A model generated the notes under the pieces. That model saw only the letters and a list, made by a program, of their open reading frames with translations. It was not told the DNA's origin and searched no databases. DNA of 64,000 nucleotides from Amoebophrya sp. A120 (lineage: Eukaryota; Protista; Dinoflagellata), in the NCBI GenBank assembly GCA_905178155.1, contig CAJINV010000010.1, positions 1,502,094-1,566,093 of the forward strand, written 5' to 3'. Made by a program: the position numbers and the translations under genes. Within the stretch, counting starts at the first letter, position 1; every line of letters begins with the position of its first letter. Below are positions 61,042 to 64,000 of this stretch, in pieces.

Positions 61042-62598
61042 ATGACGTTCCGGCAGGAGGACAGCGTCCATGAATGTTGCGACCCGCGAAACGTGTGGTG
61101 CCGCTGCTTTTTCCCTATTTTCGCGGTTTGGGCCTACCAGGGTTGCGACAGCCACTGCGACATCTGGGCCGCGCTTTGCTGCCACTGGCTGTTTATCTTG
61201 CGCAAACGTATCGTACTCGTCGTAGTGTTCGCAATTAATACGCATTACAAATCTACATGCTATTAATAAGGTAAATCAGCATGACAAATTCAGTCTGTGA
61301 TGCTGGATGAGCTAATTTTTTGTATTGCAACACTAGCTACGAGTGCGATACTTTTGCACAGGATACTGTTCACGTGCTGCTGCTGGAACTTCAAGAAGCC
61401 CCAGAAACGGTGGAAACCCTTGCCGCAGCACGAAAATTCCTGCTGTTGCTGCTACTGCCACCCGAAGAACGCCTGCTGCCGTTTTTGTTTTCCCGGTCTA
61501 GCGGTTTTTGCTTGGCAGGGCTGTGACAACCCCGTGGAATTGCTCGTCGCGCAATTCTATGAATTGCAAAAGCACTATCGTACTACTCGTAGTAATTGCG
61601 TGTACGCATTACAAATCTCTTCAGGTAAATCACCATTTACAAATTTAATTTCGTAATGCTGGGCAAATTTGTGATGCAATTTATACTGGGTAGTACGATG
61701 CTTTTGCGTTGCATATTGTCGCAAACATGCTGGTCCCGTGTTTATCGAATATCTACGCCTGTGCGATCTGGAAGCCCCATATCCACAGTAAATTTCCCGT
61801 ACACGTACAAATGTGGTTTCTGCATGACAAACTTTTCTTCCAATCCTATTCAGCATTACCAGTGGCATGCTCGTCCAAGTTGGTAAAATTTGTCATGCAT
61901 TGTGTACATGTACAGAAAATTTGTATTGCATACCCCAGGAACGGCAGAAGATTTGGGGTGTTGAAACCGGTACTGCTTCCGTGGTCGGAGCACCAATTAC
62001 AGTGGTGAACACTTACGGGGCAGCGCCGCCGCCTGGGGGGTAAAAATTTTTATATCGCACTTCTTAGTTTCATCAAGTAGAACGTTCTTCTGATGTACTG
62101 ACGTAGATACTACCTGCTGTGCTGGGTTGATGATTATGATACGAATTTCAATACACTTGCTTCTACTAATGCGCAACAACCAGCGCAAAGAAATAGTACT
62201 GATCCTGTTTTGCAGTAATTATGCAGTCTGTCAACCAATAAAATCAACAAAACACCATCTTCGCAGTCCCGCCCCACCGATTAACTACGGACACAACCCG
62301 AATGCGCCCTACTTCCAACAATATCAAAGGAAAAAGTGTTTATACGTTAACGGTTTTCACAGATGGCAGTCATGCATATACAAATCTTGCCTTCCATGCA
62401 TGCTTCGCAACACAAATTTGCGCACCTTTTCTGATGCATCGCTGCGTCACAAATTCCGTTCACGTTAACGCGTTTTCTGCTGATAAACAACCCAACATGA
62501 GCATCAGCGTGCAGGGGGGCGCCGGCGGAACCGCGCCGAGGTACCCAACGATGCAGCCCGGAATCAATTACGGAGCGACGAACAACATGGGGGTGTGA
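61042..62598 (+). CDS. Small Cys-rich membrane protein with two Pmp3/RCI2-like units and a Pro/Gly/Tyr tail; 4 introners plus GT-AG intron 62040-62266
   Basis: Spliced repeats CCDPRNVWCRCFFPIFAVWAYQGCD / CHPKNACCRFCFPGLAVFAWQGCD; all junctions in frame to TGA at 62598. Confidence 0.7.
61194..61365. mobile_element. Introner family D
   Basis: TATCTTGCGCAAACGTATCG / CGATACTTTTGCACAGGATA; DR CTGTT. Confidence 0.88.
61558..61715. mobile_element. Introner family D, decayed DR
   Basis: TATGAATTGCAAAAGCA / TGCTTTTGCGTTGCATA; flanks AATTC/TTGTC; frame restored by removing element+5. Confidence 0.8.
61780..61932. mobile_element. Introner family F
   Basis: TAT..AAATTTCCCGTACACGTACA / TGTACATGTACAGAAAATTT..ATA; DR CCCCA. 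Confidence 0.85.
62322..62485. mobile_element. Introner family E
   Basis: Homologous to 12882-13043; DR AACAA. Confidence 0.88.
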
Positions 62599-63561
62599 AG
62601 AGCAGAAGTCGAGGACTTTGTCTCCGTGTTGAGCAGGTGGCGGTAGTACTTCACGAAAAAAGAAGACCACCGATAATATTGCGGGAAAAGAACAACAAGC
62701 AAATAGCTGTACTATACCTGTTGCTCTATCGACCGGTACTCGTTTGGTCTCTACCGCAGCAATCAAAGAAGCAACTACTTCTCCTGCTAGGAGGTTGTAT
62801 TTAGAACACAGATGGTGCGGTGGAACAGAATGAACCACTCGTTTATACTACAACGAGAACATCAGTAAGAACATCATGAATGCACAATTTATTCAGGACA
62901 GTCGCTTGTTGCTCAACATTTTTGCGCTTTGCAACTGCTGATTTGAAGATGCCAACTACAGCAACATGTGGAAGCTTTCACATTTTTGCCGGTGATGATG
63001 AATACTTGATGAAGTACTGCGCTGACAAAAAATGACTTGAAGATGTGGACCAGTGGACAATTATCTATTAACATTGACGAGTCGATTTGCTGAAAACGCA
63101 AATCAGCTGGACCTACAGTTTTGCGCACTAAGTATTTTTGCTCTTTTTTTGTTGGGGAGGCAGCGCTGGCACCGATGTTGGGGAGGAAGAAAAAGGATTG
63201 TACGTAGGGGCTGCTCCTGCAAAAGTGGAACTACAAGTTCTCGAAATGATATTTCATCTCCCAACATAATCTTGAAAAAGGAAACCTGAGATCGGAGCTT
63301 GCCTTTGACGATCAGGACAGCAAAAGTAGACAGGATCCAAATACGATGGAGGTATTTCGAGTGAAGGGGGAGAAGATGCCGGCGCATAGGTCCTCTAGAG
63401 CGCACCCAGCAGCAGCCGACTGAGCGAAGCTGGCGCCGTCCGTGTGCGAGCGGTTCCTTTTGCAAGCAAAACTGAAGATGAGACGTATTTTATTTTTCAT
63501 CCTGCTAAGTTAGCTGCTGGTGCAGCCTCAGTCTTCACTGTTAATCTGACACTTCCAAACC

Positions 63562-64000
63562 ATGCGACGACTGGTGGCGTTTATTTTTGCTTTCCTTTTC
63601 GCCGGTGCTGTTGACGCCGTCCAGCTTGTGCGACTGACAGGCTCGGGCAGCGATCATGCGATAAGGACCGAAGATCACGCCGACAACAAACTCGCCGCAG
63701 CCACACCCTCTACCTCCGACAGCACGACGAGAAAGAAGAAGACCATCGTTCCATCGACTGCGTTGGACAGCAATGACCAAGCGAAATCCTTTTACCATTT
63801 CGACTTCCAGCAGCAGAAATGGGTGGAAACGGCCTTCCCGGGAGCGGAAAGCTAGCATGTGCAAAACAAGTTGATGTATCGTACTCGTATATTAAATGTT
63901 GCCAGTCTTGCATGATAGATCTAGTTCATTTACCTGAATCAGCATGACAAATTTTCCTTTCGGATGTCATGCGAAATACACTACTACGATAGGACGATAC
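63562..64000 (+). CDS. Probable secreted protein, first exon; interrupted by an introner and continuing past the window
   Basis: Signal-peptide-like MRRLVAFIFAFLFAGAVDA; the apparent stop lies at the start of a family-D element. Confidence 0.55.
63853..64000. mobile_element. Introner family D, cut by the window end
   Basis: TGTGCAAAA..GTATCGTACTCGTA left end, GCATGACAAA motif, ..ACGATAC at the window end. Confidence 0.65.

Noticed and set aside
1-64000. Autonomous transposase or dinoflagellate spliced-leader gene
   Set aside because: No DDE/RT/recombinase motifs recognised in any ORF and no CCGTAGCCATTTTGGCTCAAG match seen by eye.

Overview
Eukaryotic, intron-rich genomic DNA with every supportable gene on the + strand. 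The features (non-canonical introns with terminal inverted repeats and short direct repeats, co-oriented genes) match what is known of the parasitic syndinian dinoflagellate Amoebophrya; this taxon call is inference. Splicing by hand rebuilds about 11 genes: a GRIP-domain golgin, an S/R-rich protein, L-galactono-1,4-lactone dehydrogenase, two intronless 814-aa ankyrin-like/DxQNVH paralogs, a membrane RING E3, two tandem Rad5/Rad16-like SNF2-RING helicases, a large low-complexity protein, a Cys-rich Pmp3-like membrane protein and the start of a secreted protein. About 30 introns are introner-like elements from several unrelated TIR families. They share one geometry: N5-TAT...ATA-N5, and removing the element plus 5 nt restores the frame even when the direct repeat has decayed and in either element orientation. 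The most novel-looking locus is a cluster of four tRNA-scaffolded RNA genes (3430-4435) inside the last golgin intron. Each sits about 28 nt behind a conserved upstream element. One carries a 177-nt structured insert in the anticodon arm; two carry an extended arm capped by a covarying anticodon-like hairpin with different triplets.
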